A stretch of 64,000 nt of DNA, from contig OX638152.1 of assembly GCA_951804945.1 (NCBI GenBank), positions 46,872,001 through 46,936,000 of the forward strand, given 5' to 3'. Below, piece after piece: positions 26,649 through 39,919 of the stretch. Position 1 is the stretch's first letter, and every line of letters starts with the position of its first letter. A model generated the notes under the pieces. It worked only from the letters and a program-made list of their open reading frames with translations, was not told the DNA's origin and searched no databases. The position numbers and the translations under genes are program-made. Source of the stretch: Podarcis cretensis (Eukaryota).

Positions 26649-27299
26649 CTAGAATAGAAATGGTTTAGGTTTAGGCTATATATAATTCATTGAAATAATG
26701 ATACTGTATATTATACTGTATGCACAATGGGGATTCTATTTTGTGTTATGAAAACAACAACTAAGAAACTTGAATAACCTAAATAATACCTGACTCCATA
26801 AAACCAGGCACAGACTCCCCATTTATTTCAGCAAAGCTAACACTTAATTTCACTCTTTATCTTTTTGATATGATAAAGGGCAAAAAGGGCCCAACCAACA
26901 GTGATACCGAATAAAATCTATTTGTTAATCTCATTTCTAAATGAAGCAATTTTTTTCAAGAGCAAAAGAGTAAAACAAAACAAAGAACATGTCATTTTCA
27001 GTACCAGTTATTATATATTATGTTGGTATTCCAAAAATCTCTAAAGTTAAATCTGTGCAATGTGGATAAAAGGATACAAGAGGGCTGATCAGATCTGATC
27101 AGTCCATCAGTTTCCCTGTTTCTGGCACACAAATTTGAAAGCAAGTTCCACGGAATACATGGGACTCAATTCGAAGTAGATGTGCAGCTTTGGGTTGCAA
27201 TCATGAAAAGGTTTGTTATATCAAAACACTCAGATGGAATTCTACTGTGCAATCAGTTACCAAGCCTTATGCAATAGTTTCCCACAGAAAATCTATCTG

Positions 27300-28507
27300 C
27301 TTCTTCTTTTTTTATTGATACAGCAAAAAAAAAAGAAAAAGAAAACACAGATACAGAATTACACACAAGAATAACAATAAACACAAAATTTTCTTAACAA
27401 ACAATAAAACATAAGTTGGTCTTAACACTATAGACCCGACCTCCTGTCTATTCCTTATTTCAATTTCATATTACTTATTGCCAATACACACTTTTATCAT
27501 AATTTAACTTTTTCTTAATATATCTTAACTCTTATGTCTAACTTGCAACTATTGCTGCAACAGAGTTTAAACTACTGTAATTATATTTCATATATTCTTT
27601 GAAAACCTCCCATTTTGAAACAAATTCCTGTTTTGGTTTATTCTTTATTTTTTCTGATAGACCATCTAATTCAGCATATTCTGTCAGCTTTTGGATCCAT
27701 TCATATACTCTTCCATTTTGCCGCAATGAGAACTCTTGCTGCCGCCGTAGCGTATTAAAAAATACCCTTCATTTTTTGTGGAATATCCAAATCTGTAACT
27801 CCCAGGAGATAGGCCTCTGGTTTTTTCTTAAAAGAGACCTTTAGCATTTTTTTCCAGTTCTGAGTGAATACTCTCTCAGAATACCTGTATTTTCTTACAT
27901 AACCACCATATATGGTAGAAAGTTCCTGAATTATCTCCGCATCTCCAGCAATTACTTGGCACATTTTTATACATTTTTGAAAGTTTCCAGGGTGTTAAGT
28001 ACCATTGGTGTTGCATTTTTAGAAAGTTCTCTCTAATTGTATAACAATTTGTGTATTTCCAATTGTTCTTCCACAAATTTTCCCATTGGGACATAGTTAT
28101 TGAATGGCCAAAGTCTTGTGACCACCTCACCATGGCCGCTGTTACCTCCTCCTCCTTTACTTTCCAGTCAAGGAGGAGTCGGTAGGTTGTGGAAAGAGTT
28201 TTTCTTTTAGAATTTACAAGATCAGATTCAAATCAGGAAATATCTGTTGAGAATCCCTTTTGTTTATCAGATTTAAAATTTTCAAATATCTGGTGGTATT
28301 GGTCTGAGATGTATTCTCTTATTTCCTCAAAGCTTTTTAATTTTAGTTGACTATCACCGTCTCTTAAAAGTGTTTTATATGTTGGCCAACTTTCCTGGGT
28401 ATTTTTCCTTTTTACAGCTGTGGCTTCTATTGGAGAAGTCCACCACAGGACTTTAGGCTCCATCAGATCTTTATATTATTCCCATACTGCAAAGAGTGAC
28501 TTTCTAA
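27300..28507 (-). mobile_element. L1-clade LINE 3' fragment (ORF2 C-terminus and 3' UTR)
   Basis: Frameshifted ORFs 27538-28463 with WYLTP and the zinc knuckle CWRC...GTFYHIWWLC; A-rich tail near 27310. Confidence 0.9.
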
Positions 28508-28509
28508 TT

Positions 28510-28747
28510 CAAGTCATATGAAAGAAGATTCTGACTAAACATCAGGAAGAGCCTTCTGACAGTAAGAGCTGTTCAACAGTGGAACAGACTCCCTTGGGAG
28601 GTTGTGGACGTTTCTTCCTTGGAGGTTTTTACGCAGTGGTTGGATGGCCATCTGCCATGGATGCTTTAGTTGACATTCCTGCATTGCAGAGGTTTGGACT
28701 AGATTATCCTCAGGGTCCCTTCCAACTCTAAGATTCTGTTATTCTAT
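28510..28747 (+). mobile_element. CR1 LINE 3' end
   Basis: Matches 25230-25380; ends gggtcccttccaactctaagattctgttattcta. Confidence 0.88.
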
Positions 28748-29189
28748 TTGAGGAGGTGGGAAGCTGCAGTAACAAATTACTGTCATTTTTGTCCTTACTG
28801 CTCCCTTCCAAAGTGTCTCCATCATCATTACTTTGCTTTACTGCCAGCCTTGATCCTCAAACTCTTCTTAGTTATTGAAGGGAATGGGGAAGAGAGTTTT
28901 CATTTCTACAAATTGTTCTTTAGGTAAAGGGATTTCCATGATAATGAAATATAAGGATATTAAATTGTCTTTTTTCAAGAGAGCAACCATAAAACCTTTT
29001 GCTTCTATTTGCAAATCCTTTTGATTTTAAATAAAACATTGGCTGATTTGGTTAGCAAACAAAGCAAACAATGCATTCCATAACTTATTTTTAGTGATCT
29101 TCATTACAGTTTGAAAACCCCACGTTTAGGAGTAACAGAAGCATAATGGTGACACAACAAGCAGGCAGTAGTATCGGGTGGAATGAAAG

Positions 29190-29350
29190 GAAGGCAGGGC
29201 CATGGGTTCAAGCCCCACATTGGGTGAAGGATTCCTGCATTGCAGGGGGTTGGACTAGATGATCCTCGTGGTCCCTTCCAGCTCTACGATTCTATTCTAT
29301 TCTATTCTATTCTATTCTATTCTATTCTATTCTATTCTATTCTATTCTAT
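29190..29350 (+). mobile_element. 5'-truncated tRNA-SINE with CR1 tail and expanded (ATTCT)n microsatellite
   Basis: B-box gggttcaagccc, tail cctgcattgcagggggttggactagatgatcc, about 12 ATTCT units at 29289-29350. Confidence 0.8.
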
Positions 29351-30279
29351 GCATTACTGGTGACAACCCTTAAGCTGTTGTGGCTACTGAAAGGGATGTA
29401 GCAGAAAGACCAAATTGTATTTTGTGGTGCTTAATACTTCTGGCCTTTCCATTTCTTCTCAGGGTCAGGCACTGGCATCTAAATGCTCTGATCACACTGT
29501 GACCAGGAAGTAGCAGCCAGCTGAAAGGTCTTGCAGTAAGGGGCTGTCTGCCTCTCCCACTTACCTGCTTGTTACACAGGTATTCTTTTAATAGTCACAT
29601 ATTACTTGCATATATTAACTCTTTCCCTCATATTTAAAAGTCAGTGGAATAAAATGGAAAAGCTTCATTCTTCCTGTGCACACTTTCCTTATTTTTTTCC
29701 TATAAGGCACTTGTCTTTTCAAATTTAGCTTTCTTCTTCTAACAATGCACTTTCTGGGGCAGGGAGAACTGTGCTCATTATCACTGCAATATTATAAATA
29801 ACTGGAAAGTGTAATTGAAAGACAAACATAGTAAAAGCTATGGCTGAGCTGTGTGAATCTTGAAAGTATGCTGTCAGCATCACTGATTACTTAGCTTTAA
29901 ATAACCAGTGTTGTCTTGGTGACAAATAAAATTCTCCCCGCCAAATAATAGATACTATACACAACTGAGAAGCCAAGACCTGTGTCACAAAGGTTTCTCT
30001 ACAGATAATGCATCAATTTACCTGTCTTATTTATCATTGTGGTGTCTTAAAAATATATGGGAGTTATTTGTCTTTTATTGCACAATTATCTGAGCTGAGA
30101 ACAGCAAATACATTAAAGTGCAGATATCGTTATTGAGGGTGGGGGGGGGGAGAGAGGATAATTATTAATCAGTACCACTTGAAGCAAAGTGTCTTTCTTT
30201 GTGGGTAGACCAAGTGCCCTCTTGAACAAAACATTTTAAAGGCAAATAGAAATCCTGTTAGTAGAGTATTTTGGGGTGA

Positions 30280-30990
30280 AACAGATTCTCTAGAATCATT
30301 TTAATCAGCATTTAGGCCTGGCTACAGCACTGTGATTGCTTTGTGACCCTGAATAACTGATAACCTGTGCTGCGGGAAAGACAAGGTATGTGTACCTGTT
30401 ACTTGACAACTTTTTGGCTTTCAATACCATTGACAATGGTTAACTTCTGGAGAAGGAAGCCGGGTTGGCAGTTGGTAGGAGCTGCTTTGTGGTGGTTCCA
30501 CTTTTATCTACTGTTTGATAGATGTTGCTTGGTTTTGTGGAGTCTAGTGTTCCATCTCGCCAACCAAGCTGTTTTAACATCTACATGAAGCTGCTGAGTT
30601 GCATCATCTGGAGTTTTGGAGTGCACTGTTTTTCATATGCTGATGACATTTACCTTTATTTTTTCCCCCTCTACAGCTCAAGCAGATGTAGCAGTGAATG
30701 TACTGACACCAGTGTATGTCCTTGAAAATGGACTGGATGGGAGTCAGTAAACTGAAGTTTAATCCAGACAAGACTGAGACACTGAGTGGGATGCATTCTG
30801 CTCTCGATGGGTCACACTCCCCTTGAAGGAGCAGGTGTGCAGCTTGGGGGAACTCTTTGATCTGATATTGTCACTGGAGACCCTGACACTCCATGGTATC
30901 AAATACATCCTACCAACATCTGCTGGTAGCCCAGCTGCACTTTATAGGTATAGCTTTGCTTCAGTTGCCTATGCTCTGGGCTCCTAGGCT
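30280..30990 (+). mobile_element. L2-clade LINE RT fragment, old
   Basis: FNIYMKLL...HCFSYADDIYLY and aaactgaagtttaatccagacaagactgag (KLKFNPDKTE). Confidence 0.8.
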
Positions 30991-31213
30991 GATTATTGGG
31001 ACGGGGGAAGGGGCTTTGGTTTTCACCACTTTAAAAAGAAAACAACTTCTTCAAAGTTCAAGGTTCTTCCAAGTAGCCCTATTTTGGTCAACCAGCCAAC
31101 TTACTTAGCTGCTAGTATGTATGATTATTGTTTTTTTGATTCCTTTCAGGAACACTTTAGGCAAAAAAAGACAAGAAGTGAACCCATTCACAGTCATCAA
31201 GACTGTAACACAC

Positions 31214-31214
31214 A

Positions 31215-31257
<43 letters not shown>
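31214..31257. repeat. (CTG)n microsatellite
   Basis: About 14 CTG units with one interruption; source of spurious poly-L and poly-C ORFs. Confidence 0.95.
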
Positions 31258-31258
<1 letters not shown>

Positions 31259-31261
31259 GAT

Positions 31262-31420
31262 GTTGCATTATACAGGGACACAGCATTTTCTACACTGACT
31301 GCCAGCAGCTCTCCAGAATTTCAGACAGAAATCCTTTCACAAGTTTTCTTGGAGATGCCTGGGATTGAACCAAGAAACTTTTGCATACAAACCATGTGCT
31401 CCAACAGAGCTATGGTTCTT
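31262..31420 (-). mobile_element. tRNA-derived SINE (same family as 18908)
   Basis: Reverse-complement B-box gggattgaacc and A-box region. Confidence 0.75.
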
Positions 31421-32723
31421 TCATTAAATGTGTATGAATAAGTATGATGATTAGTGGACTGGGAATATTCTGTGTTAACTGAGCTGAGAATGTGTTGTGT
31501 TCTAGCACAGGAAATTTATAACGAACTATTGTTTCAAATAACACACCCATATTTATAGATCCTTTCTGTAAAATTTAAATTCTACTGGGGTTTATTTTCA
31601 CAAGTTCAAGAACAAAATGACGCTGAATTACTGCCAAAAAGATGTCCCTGGCATCTCTTGCAAAACAAGCACTAAGGATAAGTTGAGTTACACAGATTTT
31701 CAAAAGAAAAATATTTCTCTCTGTATCTGAATACACATGGATTTTCTACAGAAAATCTCTGTGAACACACAAAGACATACAATGCATACCCCATATCAAT
31801 TCCAACTAGTTTAATGCTGGCACAAGCCCATATCAAACAACAACAAAAATATTTTCCCCACCCCAAAAGCTAAAATTGCTTAGCTTTTGAAAAATTTCAA
31901 GGATGTGGACTATCTATTAGGAACTATGGTGAGAACATAAAGAGAGGAGGCTGGATCACAGATATGCTTTGTCCAAGCTACTAGACTTTGCTAATAGAAA
32001 ACTATAGGCAGAAAGTTAACCCCAAGCCAATGGACAATATTTGGCCAAGGTTCTTTTGTCCTCCCCCCTGTACTGCAATAATGTGGCTGCTGTATTAGCA
32101 ATTTTCAAATAGCCAAGCAGGAGATGGTGCTGCTGAGTCCCATTGGAGATTATTGCATTGTTTTCGCTAGAGTATAGTGAAGGGACAGTGGCAGTGTTCC
32201 TCGCAGTGTATGGCCCACCATCCAGTGTAGTATGGATATCTGAGATGGAACCTTAACACATGAGGGTAGGGACAGGTCAGCTGCACAATAGTGGGGGGGA
32301 GGCCAGGGCCACAGCCCTGCCCCACTGCCCCTTCCTGCATTGTCCTTCATGTAAGCAATGCATGAAGGGGCCTTTAAACTTTGGAAAACTAGGAGGGATT
32401 CAAACAACTATATAGTATGAAAAAGGAATGTCAAAAATTTACTGCCATAAACACATTGTATTGCAGGCCCATTGAAGATTGCATTATCTTACTATTGGCA
32501 ACAGTGTGTACATGTGAGGGTGCATCCAACAATTGTATTATGAAGCTGTTTGCTGAGCTACACCTAAAAGGCCTTCTGCTCCACACATATTAGTCCCCTC
32601 ATATCCAAACACCAGAATCTGATTGGGGTAAAAGGCCTTACACATATTACACACCACAGCTGTGAGATATTGCATTCCACTACATTCAAAATGGCCCTTC
32701 CCCCTCAAAAAAAGATACCTTAC

Positions 32724-32880
32724 CCTCCTTCTTGCTGATCCACACCATAGTGTTCTAGTTCTGTGCCTGGAAGAGGCTGTATTGGAGGGGGTGGGAGTGG
32801 AACGTTGGCCCAGTTAGACCCATTATTTTTCTGAGGTTTGGAAGTATTTTTGTTTTTCTTTTTCTTCCCTCCTTTCCCAC
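32724..32880 (-). CDS. ROBO2: ROBO2 exon with CC2 motif (157 nt)
   Basis: tttcag | (G)GKGGKKKKNKNTSKPQKNNGSNWANVPLPPPPIQPLPGTELEHYGVDQQEG(G) | gtaagg; not in ORF track; phase 1-2. Confidence 0.96.
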
Positions 32881-34643
32881 CTGAAATCAAGAAACATTAC
32901 AGAAGTATGAAGAAACAAACTTGACTATTTATATTTCCTGAAAGAGCTCTGATTCCAGATGGTACACTCAAAAAAAGAAAAAGAAAAAAAGAAGGGAGAA
33001 GAGAGGAGTATTTTTATCTTAGCAACATCAGCAGCAACATGTTATAGTTGTCATAAGGTTATAAATAATAATAGGGTGGAATGGAATGAAAATAGTCTGT
33101 ATAATTGCCCGGAATTACTTCTTTTTATTTCACACACTCCATATAGCTTAGTCACAATGAAGCATGCGCTGAAAAAAAGTTAAAATGTACTTGCTATATC
33201 AAAACTATATTTATTGATTTATTCACGTCTGCTCTAAGCCTCCGTGCAGTCATTGTTGGAAAAAATAATAGACTGCAGCAAACTCTTTCAGATAGCAAAT
33301 CGCAGTGTATTCATAATACCAGTTTGCATAATCTCTCTCCCTCTCTCTTTGGAAATGAGTTGTTAAGGACACATCCAAAAACTTTACTGTTTGAGTTTCT
33401 TTCTCTTTTCCTTCACAAGGCCAAATGTAGTTGCGAAAAATGTAAATCGCAAATGTAACTGGTTTCTTACTGAAATCATATTGGGACATTCAATTGAAAA
33501 GTATGGATGAGTTATTTTTGTAATATTTTATGCCCATGTAATTCAGTGGTCTTTTCATTCTAGAGAAAAAGGACATATGTTATAGAGAATTGGAAGAGGA
33601 CCAAATAAACCAACACGGAAATGAGGATTCAAGGAGAAAAGAGATAGATGAATAAAGGATAATTTTAGTTAATGTATAAAACAATGTGATAGACAATTAG
33701 GGTTATGTAATGAATCCTGAGGAGGAAGAAGGCAACAAAGAACATGAATATAAATGACCACGCAGTGGAACATGTATATGTGCGTGAACATTTGTATGTT
33801 TGTAATAAAATAAACCGAACATTTGGACTAGGAACTGAAAGCATCACAGGGACTTATAGGGAAATAAAGCAGAAGAGCAAGGGAGGGGGGAAACAGTGCT
33901 GGAATGGCAAAAGAGAAGTTATTGTAAACTAGCCTCATAACATATTTTTAGAATGTATTAAGAAAATGGCACAATTCTGCACAGAATAATGTAACACAGA
34001 AAATTTGCTGCTAATCCATTTTGCAATGGCAATGTGCAATAATTATAATACAGCATGCAGCATAATACCTATACTTTATGCTTGTAGGCAGCTCTGAAAC
34101 TTTTAGGATGATCACTATCATAAGAAGCTTTTCTATCAATTCCATTATATTGCTATGGGTGGATTTCTTGATACGCAATAGAAATATTGTGAAATCTCAA
34201 AGGAGTTGGGGGCTTCAATAATGATACAACCAAAATATTAACTTCATCATGAAGCTCCTCAGAGAAGGACAGTGCTGTAAAGTGAAGATTGATTTACGAA
34301 TAAAGTCAGCACTGTGCCAGAAAAGTGAGAATGTTACAAAATAAAATTTCCAATCATGCTGAAATACACAGGGTACAAAGGCTACAAATATTTTCTTATT
34401 ATCTCTAAATGGGTTTCTTGTTCGGTTAGGGCAAATAAGGCACACTTCTTTTTTATCAAGCTCATGGTTTTCCAGATGATTGTGACACATTCACATGTGT
34501 CTAAATGGAAGGCAAACTGCAATATTTGAACACAAGCTCTGGGTACAGTGATCATTCTTCCAAGGTTATAATTAGTTTGCGTTTTTTTAAAGCTTCTTAC
34601 AAGCACAAACACTTCTCCTTACACGCATTGTATTGAAACCAAC

Positions 34644-34797
34644 CTGAGANNNNNNNNNNNNNNNNNNNNNNNNNNNNNNNNNNNNNNNNNNNNNNNNNNN
34701 NNNNNNNNNNNNNNNNNNNNNNNNNNNNNNNNNNNNNNNNNNNNNNNNNNNNNNNNNNNNNNNNNNNNNNNNNNNNNNNNNNNNNNNNNNNNNNNNN
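34644..34797 (-). other. Assembly gap (148 N, 34650-34797) probably hiding a ROBO2 cassette exon whose 3' end is 34644
   Basis: Minus strand leaves the gap as nTC TCA G | gttggt, matching the end (L-S-G) of a recalled 42-aa ROBO2 alternative exon at this position. Confidence 0.6.
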
Positions 34798-35110
34798 GCC
34801 ATCATGTGATTAGTTTATAGCACATGCACAACATGCAGTTAGCTGGTAAACAGTGGATGTGGCAGGACTGTGAAAAATATTTAAGTTAATATATTCTAAT
34901 GGTAGCAGGGGTGGGGGAAAGATAATGTGATACTGGCAAAAGCTAAAGCAAACTAAAATCGTAACACAATATAGTTTGTTGCATAAGTATAGGATACATG
35001 CAAGGTATGCAATTAGTTAAGGGAAATGGGAACAAAGAAGGACAATTTTCTACTGTGCACAAGAGATTCTTACAAACAATTGTAATAAGAAAAATGAGAA
35101 CTAAAATCAC

Positions 35111-35392
35111 CATTGTTGCCTTTGCTCTGATCAGGCAGAGAATAACCAAATCCCATTAGGTCACTTTTTTGCTGAATCGAACTTTTCCACTGAGGATCTG
35201 GTAAATCAACTGCTAATTCATGGATGCTGTTGGAATGCAGTATTTGTGTTGTGGCGTATGGGGTAGCCTGCGTTATTTGGCTGGAACTGTTGTAACTAGT
35301 TTTGGTAGTGAAGTCAATGCTGCTGTAAATGGCTCCATCAGAAAGCATTGTGGCAGTTTTATCCCCTTGACCTGGCACCGGAGGCAGCACAT
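35111..35392 (-). CDS. ROBO2: ROBO2 exon with CC0/CC1 region (282 nt)
   Basis: catcacag | (D)VLPPVPGQGDKTATMLSDGAIYSSIDFTTKTSYNSSSQITQATPYATTQILHSNSIHELAVDLPDPQWKSSIQQKSDLMGFGYSLPDQSKGNN | gtgatt. Confidence 0.97.
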
Positions 35393-36883
35393 CTGTGATG
35401 AAAACAGAGAAATGAAACAAATCAGCATGGGAAAACCCCAACAAGAAGTTTTAATATAAAAAACAAATGTGTCATTCTGCACGTTTGCATTTCAGCTGAG
35501 ACAGTGTCCATGAGCCAATGGAGGGAAGATGATGTACAGCCATCGCCTCGCTATCAGCATCTGTGACAAACTTTCCACTTGTCCTTCACGTCTCACTGCC
35601 TAAAACCATCTTTCTTCCATACCTTCAGCTGTGAAAGTGAAGTTTGGAATATTTCTGTCCTGAAGAATGTTTTCAATTGTTCATTTCATGTCAGAGCCAA
35701 TGAAACTGTCTGTGCTCCAGGGAAATGATGAAAGGAGTCACTCCACAAATCACAGAAGAAACCATCTCCCTCTGCTTTCCCCCACCATCAAGAAAACACC
35801 TTATGAGTATTGCACAGAACTGAATGAACATGGAACAATCCTCAGATAATTCTTTTCAAGGTATGCAGAGCTTAAATGTTTTTTCTTTTTCTTTCTTTCT
35901 TTCCTGCTGAACATTATCTGGCTTTATTTCTGAAGTTAGCCAGACATTTTTTTCCTGACAATAAAGAGGGGTGAAAAAGATATGAATAAATCATTTTGAA
36001 ATGTGTCAAGATTTCAGCAGCTCTAAAGTGAATTAAATGATCAGTCAATTATTTTGCTAAACTAAGCCTTTGAAACTGAAGGGCAGCTTCTCTGGGAAAA
36101 AAGTACATCTAAATTACAGTTAAGCCATAAAAATATTAAAATACATTTACATGATATCTAGTAAATATGTCATGTGTTGAACCAGGGAACTCCCTCACCC
36201 ATTTATCTATGTCAACCTTCCCCAACATGGTACCCACTCCAGATACTTTGGACTACAACTCCCATGAGCCATAGGCAGCACAGGGAAGGCTGATCTAGAT
36301 AAATCAATAATTTTAATCTTTTTGCGTGCTGAAGACCTGATCATGTATCTTCACAGGGGCAATCTCTGACACCATCTCTGACACCAGGTTCAAAAAGTTA
36401 ATGTTTCTGACTAATGAAGGTATACCAGTTGCATAAGGCTCAATGAAACATCCAGTGCTGACAGAAATGTTGAACAAATGCATATATCAAGGTTCTGAAC
36501 AGTGGACAGAGCTTAACTGTTGTGTTTACAGACTTTAATGAATACTACACGATTATATCAGATAAGAGGATTATTATTTTGCAGGTTGGATGTTAAAATA
36601 ACTTGGTTTGGTATTTGCTTTAAAATGTTACTTAAAGGAGGTTCCTATTTCCTTGCACTAGTTTTCTTTCCTGCACTAAGCCAACAGCCCATATTTTCTC
36701 CTTTCCCATCAACATGCAGGTTTTTACAGAGGACTTAGTTTGAAATCTCCCTGGTCAGAGACACTCCTCCTTGTGAACTACTGCTAACAGTTGACAATCT
36801 GGCTCCAGTTTTCCAGTGGAAGTGCTCTGGGAGTCTTCCTCTCAGCTTCAGCTGCCTGCAATTTCAGTCCTGTTGTCCTAAGC

Positions 36884-37019
36884 CAGGCATAGGCAAACTC
36901 GGCCCTCCAGATGTTTTGGGACTAGAACTCCCATCATTTCTGACCACTGGTCCTGTTAGCTAGGGATGATGGGAGTTGTATTCCCCAAACATCTGGAGGG
37001 CCGAGTCTGCCTATGCCTG
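36884..37019. mobile_element. Intact 136-bp palindromic hAT MITE
   Basis: CAGGCATAGGCAAACTCGGCCCTCCAGATG...CATCTGGAGGGCCGAGTCTGCCTATGCCTG; 8-bp TSD tcctaagc/tcctaagt. Related decayed copies near 36210, 42130, 42440, 51020, 54970, 63760. Confidence 0.92.
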
Positions 37020-37779
37020 TCCTAAGTTTTCATTCCTTGGACAGCCAACACTTGCTGCCACTGGAGCTTCTGCTGGCTTCTTTAGCTCCAAACTCAAGAC
37101 TGACTCTTGAATTGCTGTGTCTGCCTTTTTACACCCTTCAGCCACAGTGTTACAACCAATCAAAACCTTCTCTCTGACAGTTAAATGGAACACCCACTGA
37201 AGGATCTATCACAGACTGACCTTTTTGATCCCACTGTCTAATATAAAACAATGGTCTCTAATGCCTAATGACATACCAGAAAAACTCAAGACACATATTC
37301 ACCTTCTAAGTAACTGTATCAGTATAATGGTTTCTTGACAGACCAACAGCTGTAAGATTGCCTGTACACTATCTCTTAGGCCTCAATTAAAGGTAATTTG
37401 CCAACCTTTTACCTTCACTGAGTTAACTACTCACAAACCAGATGCTTTTTAAAATGCAATAATACTATTACACATACATTTACACATTTACTGTTACACA
37501 TACTATTACACATACACATACATTGCATTTATTCAACTTTTACTTCACAATTTTGCTGTTTGTCCAAAACTGGCATTGTTAAGTAACTTTGCATATATAC
37601 AGCTTTCAACCAGGAAAAATAATCTCAAAAGCTAATGTAAAAGGCAAATAAGGCAGACTTAGTAAATGTATTTTAAAAATAGCATGAAAAACATGTTATA
37701 ATTGGTAAATGGGAGGGGCAACGAAGTAGCATGGGGCAGGGAAGTGTATTTGATGGAGAGGGGAATGTAAATTTAATAC

Positions 37780-38100
37780 TTACATTTATTTATTTGATTT
37801 TATTTAACAAAATTTATATACTGCTTTATAGCAGCAAAAATGATTTAAATGGGTGCTGAAAAAATACAGTGAAGGTGCCTGCCTGATGTCAATAGGCAAG
37901 GAGTTCCAAAGTGTAGGTAGTGCCACACTTAAAGAACAATTTCATACAAGTACAGAACAAGTATGATGTGGCACCTGTAACAGTGCCAGTTGAGCAGATC
38001 AAAGCAGTCGAGTGAGCACAAAAGGGGTGAGTTGGTCCCAAACTGTTAATGGCTTTATGTACCAATAGTAACACCTTGAACTTGGCCTCGTAACAAATCA
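37780..38100 (-). mobile_element. L2 LINE 3' end, old
   Basis: FKVLLLVHKAINSLGP on minus strand; (TTTA)n tail near 37785. Confidence 0.75.
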
Positions 38101-39791
38101 GCCAGGAGGGGCAGGGGTCAAGTGGAGGGTATAGCTGCCAGTGCCTGGTCCACATCAACTGATTGCATAAGTTGAAATCAATTCCATCACTGACTCTGCC
38201 AGTGGAATTGCAAGAAGTACAGAGTCAAGATCACTTTCTCTTCAAAGTGTGTAGCCAGTTGGCCACAGCAAGTCCTCAAATGCTCTAGAAGTCCCTCTCC
38301 CACAGTGGAAGTCAATAATCTCTGGATCATCCAAACTAACTCTGTGAAGAGGTGTATGTGAATCTGAACTTATGGTATGGTTTACCTCTGTAGATTGTGG
38401 GATGTATAAGATTGATATAGCTCTAATATGACATGACACCCTCCATTATGAGCTTTGGTGACCCTGGAACAATCCTGGTTCCAGCCCTCTGCCGAAGGGG
38501 CATTTGGGCATATCCTGAGTTCACCCACATCTGACCTAAAGATTAACACATGGAAATTTAGTTTTCAAGTACAGGATACTCAGCTCCTCAGTGGTAAGGT
38601 GATTTGAAAGCAGATAGCAGACAAGGATACCCAGGTTCAGATAATGGCTCAATATCAAAGTCTTTCACCCTTTTGTTAAGGAAACAGGATAGCCAGATTT
38701 AGCCATTTTTCGAGGTGAGGATTTGGCAGCAAATTCTGGAAGGAACTATGGAAATTGTAGAAATTACTCAATTCACAGCCCTCTCCCCTCTCCACTGGCA
38801 TGCCTTGGCAAAAAGGTATTAAAAATCCATTAGATTCAAAGGTTAGTTAATTTTTCCAGGTCCAACATGACAGCGTTTACCCAGCGCTCTCCACGATTCA
38901 GCACACTTCTGCTTTGCTTTAAGGACAGGTATATTTTCCTTATGCCTCCTCCCCCCCCCCCCATCCACTTCTTTATGGCAAAATTGTTGTGCTCTTTTAC
39001 TCTTTAATGAAGGTGTGTTTATATTGTAGAATTTGCTACCTACCTAGACTGTAACTTTGCTATCTGAAACAGCATTTATATACTGTTACTCTTATTTTAT
39101 ATAATAAACCAAGCTTTCCTTATTCCTTCTATAACAAGTGCATGTCATAACTCCAGCAGAAGATCCTAAACCTCTCAGCAGTGTCTATACGAACATACAT
39201 GAGTGCTGGCTGTGGAAAGGTGAGTCTAGGTACACACTTGTAACAACTTCTCTGGCTGACTACCAGAGGATTCAAGCTCAATTCAATGGGTCACATTCAG
39301 TTCTGCATGAGCAAAGTAGGATTTCATCTTCCATTCCTTTCCCCTGCAAGTCCCCAAAATCTGTTTTGGATGGTCTGTCTCCCGAAACCTGTTTCACTTG
39401 TGCAACAGCAGCACAGGATACAGCCCAATATAATGAATGTGTAGCATCTTATGAAACGGTTAAGCACATTAGAATAGCATAGTCATTCTGCTAAACTATT
39501 TCATCTGGTTTAGAAACAGTACTCAAGTTCTATGGAGTAAATTCAAAAGGAAGACTTTGCAGAATCATAGACACATGTCCATAACCCGTCCCCCTAAACA
39601 CTAATATTCAGAGGGAAATGTAGCTTTCCTTTTTTTCTTAATTGATGGTCTTGTTCTATTGCTATGTGGTGTTCTTCCTTTTAGTTATCTATATTTCCAA
39701 ATGTAGTCAAATAAAATTTCATGTAAAAAATGAATGGATAGTTCTGCAAATTATTATTATTATTTTGCTAAAGCACTATGAACAAACCTAC

Positions 39792-39919
39792 CTCCACGTC
39801 CAAAATTTCCAAGATCATTTGGTCCACTAGTGCTGTTGTTTACAGGCAGGCTGGTGGCAGGCCAAGAATCTGCTAGCCAAGGATAACTCGGGTCACTTGC
39901 ATTTAACAGGCCTGGTCGA
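39792..39919 (-). CDS. ROBO2: ROBO2 exon (128 nt)
   Basis: ttcttcag | (S)RPGLLNASDPSYPWLADSWPATSLPVNNSTSGPNDLGNFGRG | gtaggt; phase 2-1. Confidence 0.96.

Noticed and set aside
31084-31441. Poly-Leu and poly-Cys ORFs
   Set aside because: Produced by the (CTG)n microsatellite plus a SINE.
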